A DNA stretch of 64,000 bases. It comes from Octopus sinensis (taxonomy: Eukaryota). Shown in pieces: positions 40,671 through 52,249 of this stretch; position 1 is the first letter of the stretch, and every line of letters begins with the position of its first letter. The DNA lies in assembly GCF_006345805.1 (NCBI RefSeq), contig NC_043005.1, positions 91,078,001 to 91,142,000 on the forward strand, written 5' to 3'. The translations under genes and the position numbers were made by a program. The notes beneath the pieces were generated by a model. That model saw only the letters and a program-made list of their open reading frames with translations, ran no database searches and had not been told where the DNA came from.

Positions 40671-40884
40671 TTATTTGTCATTGAGTAGCCTTGTTCGTGC
40701 TCGTCTCGTTTTCTTCATCTTCGACTGGTGAAGTTTGTTGATGGCATCAGAGATGAGACAAAGATCGGCTCGAACAAAACTGACTACTTGGCTAATGGCT
40801 GACAAACTTTCGAGAACCATAACCGACTGTGAATAAGGATCGTAGCGCACAGTGAAGGGTCGTTTGATATTCGAAGCAAATTCC
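40671..40884 (-). CDS. TPH: TPH last coding exon (214 nt): EFASNIKRPFTVRYDPYSQSVMVLESLSAISQVVSFVRADLCLISDAINKLHQSKMKKTRRARTRLLNDK*
   Basis: tttttccag acceptor; IKRPF.VRYDPY motif then tetramerisation helix; TAA at 40671-40673. The nine exons sum to 972 nt = 324 codons with no internal stop. Confidence 0.96.
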
Positions 40885-41649
40885 CTGGAAAAATCAGAAA
40901 CAGGAGAGATACAAAAGCATGAGAAATTGAGGCCTTTTTTAGTCTCATAGGTCAGATACGAATTTTTTGAAAACTTCTACACCGATATAGTTTTTCACGC
41001 TAATGACGATTTGGAGAAGAAATTAAAAATAGAGAAATTAGGAATCTATAAAGATAGGTTATTTTTTAACATTTCATCCAATCAAATACGACCATTTTTT
41101 GCATACTGGATGCAGGAACTGCCGTATATTCCCATAGCGACATATTGGACCAGTATGAGAGACATTGCAATGAAACAAATTTAAACCAGGATGGAGAAAC
41201 AAGAAATTAAAAATCATCATGAGAACAGGTGTGTTTGATGAAAAAACTAACGACTGTCCGATTCTATAAGCCAACACCACTGAAGTTGATTATAACAACT
41301 ACATGAGGGAACTGTGCGCAGAGGATCTACTTCACAGCCCAATTTCAGATGCCAAGTGTTAAAAAATTGGTCTTCATTTAACGCAAGATTGCCGTTCCTC
41401 CAAAGAGACTAGCAATGACAAATCGTGCCTGGCAATGATCGACTTCATCTGCTCGCCATGCAGGAATATCTGCAGATACCACAGCTTCAGTGAATGTCTG
41501 AACAATAATCATCCACGGCATATCCAATCTTCCACATAGAGGTGGCTGGCAGCAGATGGACAGCCTGTCACTAGAATAATAATGTAGCTGATAATAAGGA
41601 ATGGTAAGAAATATAACAGAATATAATCCAGTTATGTAGTATTGCATAC

Positions 41650-41783
41650 CTGATTTGATTTTGGGCCTCTTTGAAAGATTCACTGACAAAATAGGCATCC
41701 TGGTATGTGGAAACCTGACATTCTTGCTCAATGACTTTGTCAGGGTCGAACGGCTTTTTAATAGCTGCGTCTGTGAGAACATG
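41650..41783 (-). CDS. TPH: TPH exon (134 nt): HVLTDAAIKKPFDPDKVIEQECQVSTYQDAYFVSESFKEAQNQI(R)
   Basis: tttttgcag acceptor, gtatgc donor; KPFDP...QEC...YQD.YFVSESF block; size equals PAH exon 11. Confidence 0.97.
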
Positions 41784-41793
41784 CTGCAAAAAT

Positions 41794-41847
<54 letters not shown>

Positions 41848-42126
41848 AAGATAGATAGATAGATAAATGGGTGGGGTAGGTAAGTTGATAGATACATACA
41901 TAGATACATAGATACATACATACATACATACATACATACATACATACATACATACATACATACATACATACATACGTGCGTGGGCAAAAATGCTTCTACG
42001 AAGAACATTAGAGACAATAGAAAAACCTGGCTAAGTTTATATGTGAGACGGAAAAGGTGGAGATCTATGATCATCAACGCCTGTAGACATGGCTCATAAA
42101 AGAAAAGCTGCAATACAAAATCTTAC

Positions 42127-42222
42127 CTTGAGTTCTCCAATCGAAGACAAGAGACCAGCGCCATACACTCTGAGCTGACCATTTTCTCGGCACAATCCGA
42201 ATTCAATTGTGAAGAAATAACA
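42127..42222 (-). CDS. TPH: TPH exon (96 nt): [32 protein letters not shown]
   Basis: ctccctag acceptor, gtaaga donor; iron-ligand Glu (TIEFG), GAGLLSS motif, and TPH-diagnostic YFF (Trp in PAH/TH). Confidence 0.98.
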
Positions 42223-42269
42223 CTAGGGAGAAATGTAACTCGGTCATAATTTAAAAACGAAATAGAGAC

Positions 42270-42273
42270 AGAA

Positions 42274-42355
<82 letters not shown>

Positions 42356-42427
42356 GGATGGATAGATAGACAGATAGATAGATAAGACAGATTAGACAGA
42401 TAGATAGATAGATAGATAGATAGATGA

Positions 42428-42480
<53 letters not shown>

Positions 42481-42501
42481 TAGACAGACAGACAGACAGA
42501 C

Positions 42502-42562
<61 letters not shown>
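42270..42562. repeat. (GACA)n/(GATA)n microsatellite at the 3' junction of the truncated Tx1 copy
   Basis: Direct reading of the tetranucleotide array. Confidence 0.98.
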
Positions 42563-42563
<1 letters not shown>

Positions 42564-43244
42564 GTTTCTTTATTGGCCACACAGAGCTGCACATAGATGG
42601 GACAAATTACAAGGTAGAGCTTTGGGGTGGGGGGTGAAAAAAAAAGTGGCGTAGGTTTTCGATCAAAAGGGATCGTAAAAGGGAAAAAAGAAAAAAAGAA
42701 AAAAAAGGAAAAGAAACAAAAGAAAAGAAAAAAGAAAAAGGAAGAAAAAAGAGGAAAAAAGGGAAAGAGGAAAAAAACGATCAATAGGGATCGTGTATCA
42801 CAGTGTCATGATGTACGGTGTAAAGTGGGAAGCAGATACGGTTTATCCGTGGGAAGAAAAGCCTACGAAAAAGACCACGGTAACCTCGGTCCATATTGTT
42901 ATATGTTACCACATTTGTTGGCAAGTGGATAACCCTCTGTTTTAAATTTCCGGGTTCATAGCATTATGCTCAAGGTGGCTTCGTCATTCATACGTGCCAC
43001 CCTTGCTACATTCATCCATCTTTTTTTAAAACATTCGCTAGACAAAACTTGCCTCTCTACTCTCACTTTCCTTTTCAAGTGGTACTTGAAGAAATTGATG
43101 AGAGATTGACCAGAGAGGAAAGTGTTTGTCTCCAATCCTTTCAGACGCGTCCACCAGATACATTCTTTCGCCTTAGCCACAAGAATGATGAAAATAGCTC
43201 TTCCTTCCCGTTTGAAGGAAGGAGGCGTGACAATATTGACGATA
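42563..43244 (-). mobile_element. Second, 5'-truncated (~680 bp) copy of a closely related Tx1 element
   Basis: Homologous to ~43462-44110 (ORF2 C-terminus VAKAKECIWWTRLKG... plus 3'UTR with AATAAAGAAAC) but with many substitutions and indels; flanked by (TATC)n on both sides. Confidence 0.92.
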
Positions 43245-43316
43245 TAGATAGATAGATAGATAAATACATAGATAGATAGATAAATACATAGATAGATAAG
43301 ACAGATTAGATAGATT

Positions 43317-43366
<50 letters not shown>

Positions 43367-43383
43367 AAAGACAGATTAGATAA

Positions 43384-43461
<78 letters not shown>
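43245..43461. repeat. (GATA)n array between the two Tx1 copies
   Basis: Direct reading. Confidence 0.98.
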
Positions 43462-43462
<1 letters not shown>

Positions 43463-43850
43463 TGTTTCTTTATTAGCGACACAGGGCTGCACACAGACAG
43501 AACAAATTACAAGGTAGAGCTTTTCTTTTGGGGGTAAAAAAAGGCGATTTGGTTTTCGATCAAAAGGGATCGTAAAGGGAAAGAAAGAGGACAAAAAAGG
43601 GAGGAATAAAAAATTTTTTTTTAAAGGGAGAGGGAAAAAAATTGATCAATAGGGATCGTTATCACAGAAATGTCAATATGAAGTGTAAAGGGGAGGATAG
43701 GTGAGGTTTACCCGTGGAAAGAAAAGCCTACGGAAAAGACCACGGTAACCTCGGTCAATGAAGTCACATGTTATATTTCTTTTTTTTGCAAATAAGCAAC
43801 TCTCTCTATTAATTTTTACGGTTCATAGAATCATAGTCAAGGTGGCTTCG

Positions 43851-46800
43851 TCATTCATACGTGCCATCCTTGCTACATTCACCCCATCTTTTTTTAAAAC
43901 ATTCACTAGACAAAACTTGCCTCTCTACTCTCACTTTCCTTTTCAAGTGATACTTGAAGAAGTTGATGAGAGATTGACCAGAGAGGAAAGTGTTTGTCTC
44001 TAATCCTTTCAGGCGCGTCCACCAGATACATTCTTTCGCCATAGCCACAAGTATGATAAAAATAGCTCTTCCTTCTCGTTTGAAGGAAGAAGGCGTGACG
44101 ATATTAACGATAGACTCGGCTGATAAACCGACACGTCCCATATGTAACAGCAGTCGTTCGACATAAGCCCACAGGTCGGTAATTGCTGGACACTGCACGA
44201 TTGCGTGCAGAGCGGTTTCGTCGCTCTGCCCGCATCTCGGGCAGATCGGCCCCGTGTTTCTCGAGCCATGCCTATAGAGCTTATCCCGAACGGGTAGCGC
44301 TTCTCGGTAGCACCGCCAGGCCAGGGATCTCTGGAAGTTGTCCATAGGTCCCGGCCCGAAAGTCGTTTCAAACAGGCGGGTCAGGTATTCCTCGTCGACG
44401 CCCAGGTTTGCCCCAAGATCGTCGTCGTACCTCCCCTCCACTAATCCCCTATAGAATGCTTTGGTTGTGTTGAAGTCACTCAATGTCGACCCGGGACGGC
44501 AGAGTTGCTTGAGAGCAACGCGACCGTCGCGGTGCCATTCGCCCTTCCTCGGCCTCTTTTTGATCCACGACTGCAGTTCGGTCATGGAGACGAGCTGCGG
44601 GAAAGCGTGCCTCACAAACGGCGACCACACCTGTTCACCGTCGTCTACGTAGAACCGGAGATGTCGCAGTCTCAGCGCGTGTCTGCGCATCATCAACCAC
44701 GGCATGCCCAGTCCTCCTTTTAACGGGTGTTGACAGCAAATGGATCGCCTGACCATCGGGACGCATCCTTTCCACAAGAAGCGGAAGAGAATGCGTTCTA
44801 GTTTGGTGATGGTAGGGTCGGGACAAGGTACGACGGTCAGGCGGTGGTAGTAGATGATGGACGCGATGTATGTGTTCACCACCTCCGCCGGACCCTTTAG
44901 GGACAGTTTCCTCTCGGCCCATTGCCGGGCGAGAGTGACCACCCTACTCGTTATCTCGTTCTAGTTCTTCTCCATTTGGAGGTCCGGACCGAACCAGACC
45001 CCGAGCAACTCGACCGGGCCGTCCGTCCAGCGTCCCACGACGGAGGCGCTGGTGGACGGCATGGGCTTGCTTCTCCAGGTGGCGAGCCGCAAGCCCACTG
45101 ACTTTTCCCGGTTGATTTTTGCTCCTGTCACCGCTTCGTAGTCTTTCAGTGTCTCGCCGATCTGCTCGATGTGCTCGTGGCTTGACACTATGACGGTGAC
45201 GTCGTCCGCGTATGCAGACACGCTCGTCCCGCATCCCAATTCTCACGGGATGTCCCTCAGAGTCGCCAGCTTCCGCAGTAGTGGCTCAAGAGTCAATACG
45301 TATAGAAGCGCCGAGAGGGGGCATCCCTGACGGACCGAACGTGCAATGTCGAAAGGTCTCGATAGATGTCCATTTACGCGAATTACCGAACGGATGCCTC
45401 TGTACAAGGCAGCTATCCAGCCGCGGAAAGGGGACCGAAACCAGCCGCTCTCAGGACTGCCTCCAAGTATCGATGGTCTACCCTATCGAAGGCTTTCGAT
45501 TGATCCAAGTTGATCAGGGCCCCACCCATGCCAGGTTCCTTAACTACTCTGTCTATGATGTAGCGCATCAGATGGAGATTGTCATGGATGCTCCGGCCCG
45601 GCACGGCGCACGTTTGTGCGTTGTCGACCAGTTTCTCGATGACAAGCGCCAACCTCTTGGCTAACACCTTTGTCAAAATTTTCAGGTCTGCATTGAGCAG
45701 AGTGATTGGTCTAAAATTATCTATAATGTCCCCCTTGTTTGGATCTTTCTTCAGCAGCGTTACGGCTCCTCGACTCACAAAACCGGGTATGCTCCCGTTT
45801 TGCTGCCAGTTGCAGTATACCGCTGCCAAGACGTCTCCAAACAAGTCTGGCATACAATTGTAAAACTCGTAGGGCAGACCATCCAAACCCGGCGATTTGT
45901 CCCTCGAGCATTCTGCCATCGCGTCCCGTACATCCGCCGCCGTGATGGCACCTTCGCAGCACTCTGCCTCTCTTGCCGAGAGTCGTGGTAGGCTGTGCAG
46001 GTAAGCACTGAAGTCCACCCTGCGTTCACGCTCGCCACTCGTCCCGTACAGTCGAGCAAAGTGCCGCTGAAATGTCTCGCACATCTTGCTGGGCTCGAGC
46101 AATTCGCGCCCTTGTTCATCTACCAGAGACCGAATGGTGGCTTTGTTGCCCTGCTGCGCATCCGTCACCCGGGCCTCCCTCGCGGCTCCAACACCTTCCA
46201 TCCTTAGAGCACGCATCCTAGCCCTGACAGCACACCCTTCGTGTTTGGCGTTGAAGTGTTGGTCAAGGGCCAACCTCGCCGCTAAAACGTCGGATGTGAT
46301 GCCGCTTCTTATTGCCTCTTCTAACTTCTTAACTAACTCACCCTCCACTCTATTTCTATCTACGGCTAGTGCCTTGCTATATCTAATTGCTTCCGCTTTT
46401 ACTGCTCTCTTGAGGGCGAACCACCATTTGTTGTTGACAATGGCTCCCATCAAAGCCCTTTTTACTAACGTGTTGATTCTGTCTCTGAAAACCTGTCTGG
46501 ATGGGAAAGATGCGTTCAGTTTCCAGTAACCAGGACTCTGTCTATGTGCCTTATCTAAGTCTAGGGTACACGTCACGAATTTGTGATCCGTGTAGCTGAC
46601 TGTGTGGAATTGTGGACATCCTAAGTTATCCCTGTCTACTGTCCTACACAGTATCCTATCTAGATACGATCTCGACGACCCACTGCGGTTGCTCCATGTC
46701 CACGTTGGTGCATTTAGGTGGTCGAGTCGGTACCTGTCAGACAGTTGGAATCGTCTGAGCAGGTCTCTGAGGCATTTGCATCCCCTTCTGTTTTTGTCTC

Positions 46801-47256
46801 TCCACACATAGTCTAGATGCGTGTCCAAGGTAGCATTCCAATCCCCCACTAAGGACGAGACGTTCCCAGGAATACTTCTAGACGTCGAAAGAAATCCGGC
46901 CGACCTGTTAAAGGCGGTGCGTAGACTGATACGAGTCGAAAAGCGCACCTACTGCTGCCGTCGACATCCAGAACGACCAGTCTACCCTCCGGGTCTACGA
47001 ATGTCGTCTTTACTTTGAGATCCAGGCTCTTGTGAAAAAGTACCGCGGTGCCACTACCGCCCATCCTCGGCAGACAGGGAGCAAAATAAATGTTAAACTG
47101 TCCGCCAAACATGGACTTTAGGGTCCGTAGCTCGTGGAGTCTGGTCTCACTTATGGCTATGATTCCCAAATCATGTGACTTGATGTCATTTAGGAGGTAT
47201 CCTTGTTTCCAATGAGACCCCAAGACACGCGCATTCACACAACCAATCTTGACCAT
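43851..47256 (-). pseudogene. Tx1-type ORF2 (AP-endonuclease + reverse transcriptase + zinc motif), disrupted by a few frameshifts and one in-frame TGA
   Basis: MVKIGCVNAR..., GDWNA, TDHK, KSPGLDGLPYEFY, NFRPITLLNADLKI, DQSKAFDRVDH, VRQGCPLSALLY (~45300-45340), YADD, CPRCGQSDETALHAIVQC, spread over ORFs 46849-47256, 45413-46948, 44961-45239 and 43851-44942. Confidence 0.93.
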
Positions 47257-47306
47257 GATTCTATTGGGGTGTGTGCTTTAAAACACAAAAAGGAAGGTAC
47301 AGAGAG

Positions 47307-49193
47307 TTACTTACTTGTGTCGAAAGTTTTGGCTTCCTCGTCCTTTGATGTGTCTTGGAGGAGGTTTTTATAGAGTTTTTGTGACAGGTATTTTTGGAAC
47401 CCCCCAACTGCATTTGGAAAGAGGGCTTTGAGTGTGTGGTGTTGTGTTTGTGTGATGTGTAGTATTTTGATGTGTTTGGGTGGTGTAGTGCGTGGATGGT
47501 TGTTAGTTTTGAAGTCATCTTCACAGATGTTTGTGTGGGCTGTGATGTATTCCATTAGTTTGGAGTCTTTGGTGTCTATCGCTGATAGCATTGTGTGTGT
47601 TTTTGTGTGTGTTGGTGCTTGTTTGGTTGTGTGTGGAGCTTTCAGGGTTCAGGTATCTCCCTGCTTTGGTTGCGCTTTCTTGTTTGTTTTTTTTTATCTT
47701 TTTCTTTTATCCCCGGTGGCTATTTGCCATTCTGTCGAACTTTCGTCGTCCGACAAATCTGAAGGGGGTAGAGGCAAAGCATTTGCGTTAATATGTATGT
47801 TTGTAGAAATTGTTGATGTTTTGTGCGGTGTTTGTGTTGTTGGGGTGTTAGGGGTAGAATTTGTCTTCTCGTCATTGTTTTCTGTTTTTTTTTTGTTGTC
47901 GTCCTTGGTGCTGGTGTTGGTTTATCTTTTGGTGTTGTTTCAGTATGTTGAATTAGTTGCGACGTCAACGGTGATTGTGTTGGTGCTGTTTCTTTTCTTG
48001 GTGATGTTGTTGGGGTTTGTTTGCTGGTTTGTAGTTTTTCTTGGCATTGTTCCATCATTGAGTGTGGTGTTGGTGTTGGCAACAAAGGTTTTTTGTTTGT
48101 TTTCTGATTTGTTCTTTCTTGTTTTCTCTGTGCCAGAACGCACTTGGCAATTAAATGTTCTGGGCTGCCACAGTTGTAGCATCTAGGCTTTTTGCCTTCT
48201 GCTACAACATATAGGCTTTGCCCATTTTCTAAGTGGATCCTATCAGGTAGGTTCTCGATAGAGCCCCCCTCAATCTGGATGGTCACTACTATTGATTTTC
48301 CACCCCACTTGTCGTTTAGATATACGGCAGTCTCTAAAATATTTATAGTTTTCAAATGGTAACAGATTGCCCCTGTTATCCATTTGTTAGGAATCTCGGG
48401 GGGTACATTTTTAATAGTAATTCTACTCACTCTCTGGCCTTTGTAGTATGGTACCATGATGATTTCATCATTTTCCAAAGACTCGGTAGAGCAAGCTTTT
48501 GTCAATTCATGGTTAGGGAAGCGGACCAACACTGTATTAAACTGGGGACCCCAGTTTATATATTCTTTTTTTTCATTATGTTTTTTAAACATTTTTCTAT
48601 ATCCGTTTTTGTAATCTGTTCATTTTGTTTTTGTTTTTTCTTATAATTTTATATATAATTGTCTTATTTTCTATTTGTTCCTTTATGTGTTGAGGTGTAT
48701 GCAGCACTAAATCTTGCCCACGGGTTGTAAAGAGAGCTCTCATTTCTATTAGCTCTTCATTTGTAAATGTTACTATTTCTTTCTTCTGACGAAGAGTATC
48801 AGCGAAATTTACTGGTGTTGTTGATTTTTTTATATTAACATCTTCACTATTAGATAGTTCATTTTTATTGTTGTTCTTGTTGTTGTTGTTTTTCTTAATA
48901 GTATTCGCGTGAGTTTCATTTTTATCATTTACGTTGGTCGTGGTGGTAGTGGTGGTGGGGGTGGAGGTGGTGGTGGTAGCAGTAGTAGTCTCGTTGTTGT
49001 TGTTGTTGTTGTTAGTGGTGGTGGTGGTGGTGACAGGGCTGTTAACGCAAGTGGTTGCAGCATTCACTACCACGTCATTCAGGTTTGCACTTTGCGTGCA
49101 TACGTTCTTTTTTTCTCCTAGCGTTTCCAGACTAGAAAAATGCTGGTCCATAAAAGAACGCGACCAGCGTTCTACAATAAAATTTCTCGACAT
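47307..49193 (-). pseudogene. Tx1-type ORF1 (nucleic-acid-binding protein) with Thr/Asn low-complexity N-terminus, frameshifted
   Basis: ORFs 48597-49193, 47720-48592 (CYNCGSPEHLIAKC = CX2CX4HX4C) and 47307-47591 lie immediately upstream of the ORF2 ATG. Confidence 0.8.
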
Positions 49194-49390
49194 ATTTTAA
49201 TGTCGAGAAGAAAATTACACAAATCAAATAGGGTTGAAACTGCCCCTAGGGGCGAATTCCTCCCTTGGAAAAGCACTCAAACGAAAGTTGGGTGCCTTAC
49301 ACATCTTATTTACAAAAATGTACACAAAAATTGGGCTATAAATAGTCAAAATAAACGATTACCTTCGGAGCCGAAGTGACAGCACGTCCG

Positions 49391-49459
<69 letters not shown>

Positions 49460-49474
49460 TAGATAGATAGATAG

Positions 49475-49555
<81 letters not shown>

Positions 49556-49586
49556 TAGATAGATAGATAGATAGAGAGAGAGAGAT

Positions 49587-49642
<56 letters not shown>

Positions 49643-49653
49643 GAGAGAAAGAT

Positions 49654-49694
<41 letters not shown>

Positions 49695-49732
49695 TAGATA
49701 GATTAGATAGATAGATAGATAGATAGATAGAC

Positions 49733-49795
<63 letters not shown>

Positions 49796-49812
49796 CAAGC
49801 AGACAGACAGAC

Positions 49813-49863
<51 letters not shown>

Positions 49864-49868
49864 TGTGT

Positions 49869-49912
<44 letters not shown>

Positions 49913-49915
49913 TGT
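49391..49915. repeat. (GATA)n array at the Tx1 5' junction, followed by (GT)n/(GA)n
   Basis: Direct reading. Confidence 0.98.
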
Positions 49916-50149
49916 GTGCGTCCATGAGCAGGCGAACATCTCAGAAATAAATAGCCATTCCTCATCATACCAAATATACAAAAAAGCAAAAGTATTATCG
50001 ACTTGAACACGAGTGAAGGTGTATTAGGAAAAAGCATAATAATGTTAATGATAACAGTCCTTTCTATTAAAAACACAAGACCTGAAATTTTGGTGTCAGT
50101 ACCAAGCAGAAAAAGAGTGGAGAGAACGTGTCTCACTGGAATATTCCTC

Positions 50150-51330
50150 TTCTAATGGGGCTGGCTTTGGTTTTTATGAGTCCTTCTTTTGTCTGGAGCT
50201 GTAGCACTGTCTGCCATTTATCCATGGCTACCTTGTTCATAGCTAGTGTTTCTAGGTTCCTTTGGGCAATCAATTCAGGCCATACTTAGACCCTTCTTTT
50301 TTCTGTAGCTGTCTTCAGTTAAGACTTTACTGATCAGAAGCTGATCATTACAGCCGTATGAGACCTTTCAGTACCCCTTCTGCTCTTCTGGAAACAGGTT
50401 GTTTACTTCCAGCTGTTTGCTCATTCTCTGTGATATTATTACAGTAAAGGCTTTGTAAATTGTAGGGAGATATGTTATTGGTCTGTTATTTTGTCGGTTT
50501 GCCGTTTTAGTGGATTTGAGTATTAGGATAGTTTTCCTTTCCGTGAGTCATTCAGGCGCTGTCTCAGTCTCTGCTAGTATTTCATTAAATTTCTCAGCCA
50601 GCTTTTTATGTGTTCCTATTAGGTATTTTAACCAGAAGTTGGGGATCTTGTCGGGCTCGGATGCCTTCCAGTTGCTTAGCTTTTGCAGTGCCTGGGTGAC
50701 TCCTTCAGTTGTTATAGTGGTCCAGTGTTGTTCAGGTGCTGAGTTCGTTGTTTTGATAGATCTTTTCTGAGTTTGTTCCTTTGCCGACTATATTCCTTTC
50801 CAAACTTCTTCCACTTCTGCTGTTGGTACTGCATTGATCTGTATTTTATTTTTGCCAAGTCCTTGGTGGAATCTTTTGGGGAAGAAGTTGAACTGTTTGT
50901 TTCTCATACCGGTGGATCCTTTGTGCTTTGGCGAGGATATCTTGCTTTAGCTGTTCTTTTACCTCAAGTGTACCTTGTTCTGTAATTTTGTATTTGTGTA
51001 GTATTTTTGGTCTCTTCTTGTTGCTTAGTAGTTTTGATTGTCTACTAGTTTCATTAAGAATTGACAGATCCTTTCTCTTATTTTCTTTTTTTTTCTGGAT
51101 ATTATTTATCCACAGGGTTTGATTGGGTGGTGATACTCTTGTTTGGATGGGCTTTAGGGGACATCCAACTTCTTTTGTGGCCACCGTGACTGCTGCATAT
51201 ATTCTATCATTTAGCATGGTCATATTGACGTTTGTTTCTGCGGCTATTAGTTCTGTGATGGCCAGGTTCTTGCTATTTTTATTGTTGATGTTATATTATC
51301 AATTTTAATTTTTGGGAGGTACAATCGCTG
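50150..51330 (-). mobile_element. Degenerate R4/Dong-like (restriction-like endonuclease type) non-LTR retrotransposon, pre-RT and RT N-terminal part
   Basis: Translations IYAAVTVATKEVG...KQDILAKAQRIHRYEK and LSNWKASEPDKIPNFWLKYL...RPITYLPTIYKAFT...EEQKGY...GCNDQLLI are typical of R4/Dong RTs; many stops. Confidence 0.78.
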
Positions 51331-51436
51331 GCCCATACTGAGATCTGTGGCTTTCAATTCTTTGATTATGCTCATTTTTAGAGTACCATAATTATTAGTA
51401 TCATGATCATTAGTTTCAACTTCACTGTTTCCTTTA

Positions 51437-51472
<36 letters not shown>

Positions 51473-51486
51473 TATTATTATTATTA

Positions 51487-51560
<74 letters not shown>
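51437..51560. repeat. (TTA)n microsatellite
   Basis: Direct reading; further (ATT)n at ~52063-52112 and ~36320-36463. Confidence 0.95.
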
Positions 51561-51561
<1 letters not shown>

Positions 51562-52061
51562 ACATTTGGTAGTTTCAGACAAATTTCTACTGCCTCACCT
51601 GCTACACCTCCATGTTGTTGGGCGTGTGGAAAATCTTCCCGGTATTGTATTGCGTCAGTTTCTTTTTTATGGAGTGTGGTGCAGTTTTTTGTTGTATTAG
51701 TGTCTGTATTGTATATATGTGTGTGTATTGTGTGTTGTGTGCGTAATGAGTTGGGTTCCGGCCTGCTGGTGGTTGTTTATTTCATTGGATATTTGCTATA
51801 TAGAGTGTCTTTTGTTTGCAGATTGTTTCGCTTGAGTTGTATTGTTGAATTGATAGTGTCTTGCGTAGGATATGGGCTGTTCCTAGTATCAGTGATTATG
51901 GACGTCAGTAACTCATTTATACGACATCTTATACGTACATATTTAAGATAGTCCTTTACACCTGTTTCAAATACCCGGTGACACAGCAAACAAGAAAAGC
52001 AAAAGTATTATCGAGTTGTGTGAAGGTGAAGTAGGAAAAAGCATTATAATAATGATAATAA

Positions 52062-52113
<52 letters not shown>

Positions 52114-52122
52114 GATACTTAC

Positions 52123-52249
52123 ACTGGCTAATTTGGCAACTTCGAAATCTGAAGCCCCCAGGGAGGCTAACCCTAACTCATGAGAAAAATGAGCAAAATC
52201 AGAATCAGCAAACAGCGGGACATGTCCCAGTAATTCGTGGCAACAGTCT
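52123..52249 (-). CDS. TPH: TPH exon (127 nt): [42 protein letters not shown]
   Basis: ctttcag acceptor, gtaagt donor; carries both iron-binding His (HELLGH); 127 nt equals PAH exons 8+9 fused, as in vertebrate TPH. Confidence 0.97.

Larger units (their letters stand above)
43462..49390 (-). mobile_element. Near-full-length (~5.9 kb) Tx1/L1-clade LINE in a TPH intron, same orientation as the gene; frameshifted
   Basis: 5'UTR, ORF1 with CCHC knuckle, ORF2 with endonuclease, RT and C-terminal Cys/His motif, 3'UTR ending AATAAAGAAAC; (TATC)n directly at both ends. Confidence 0.93.
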
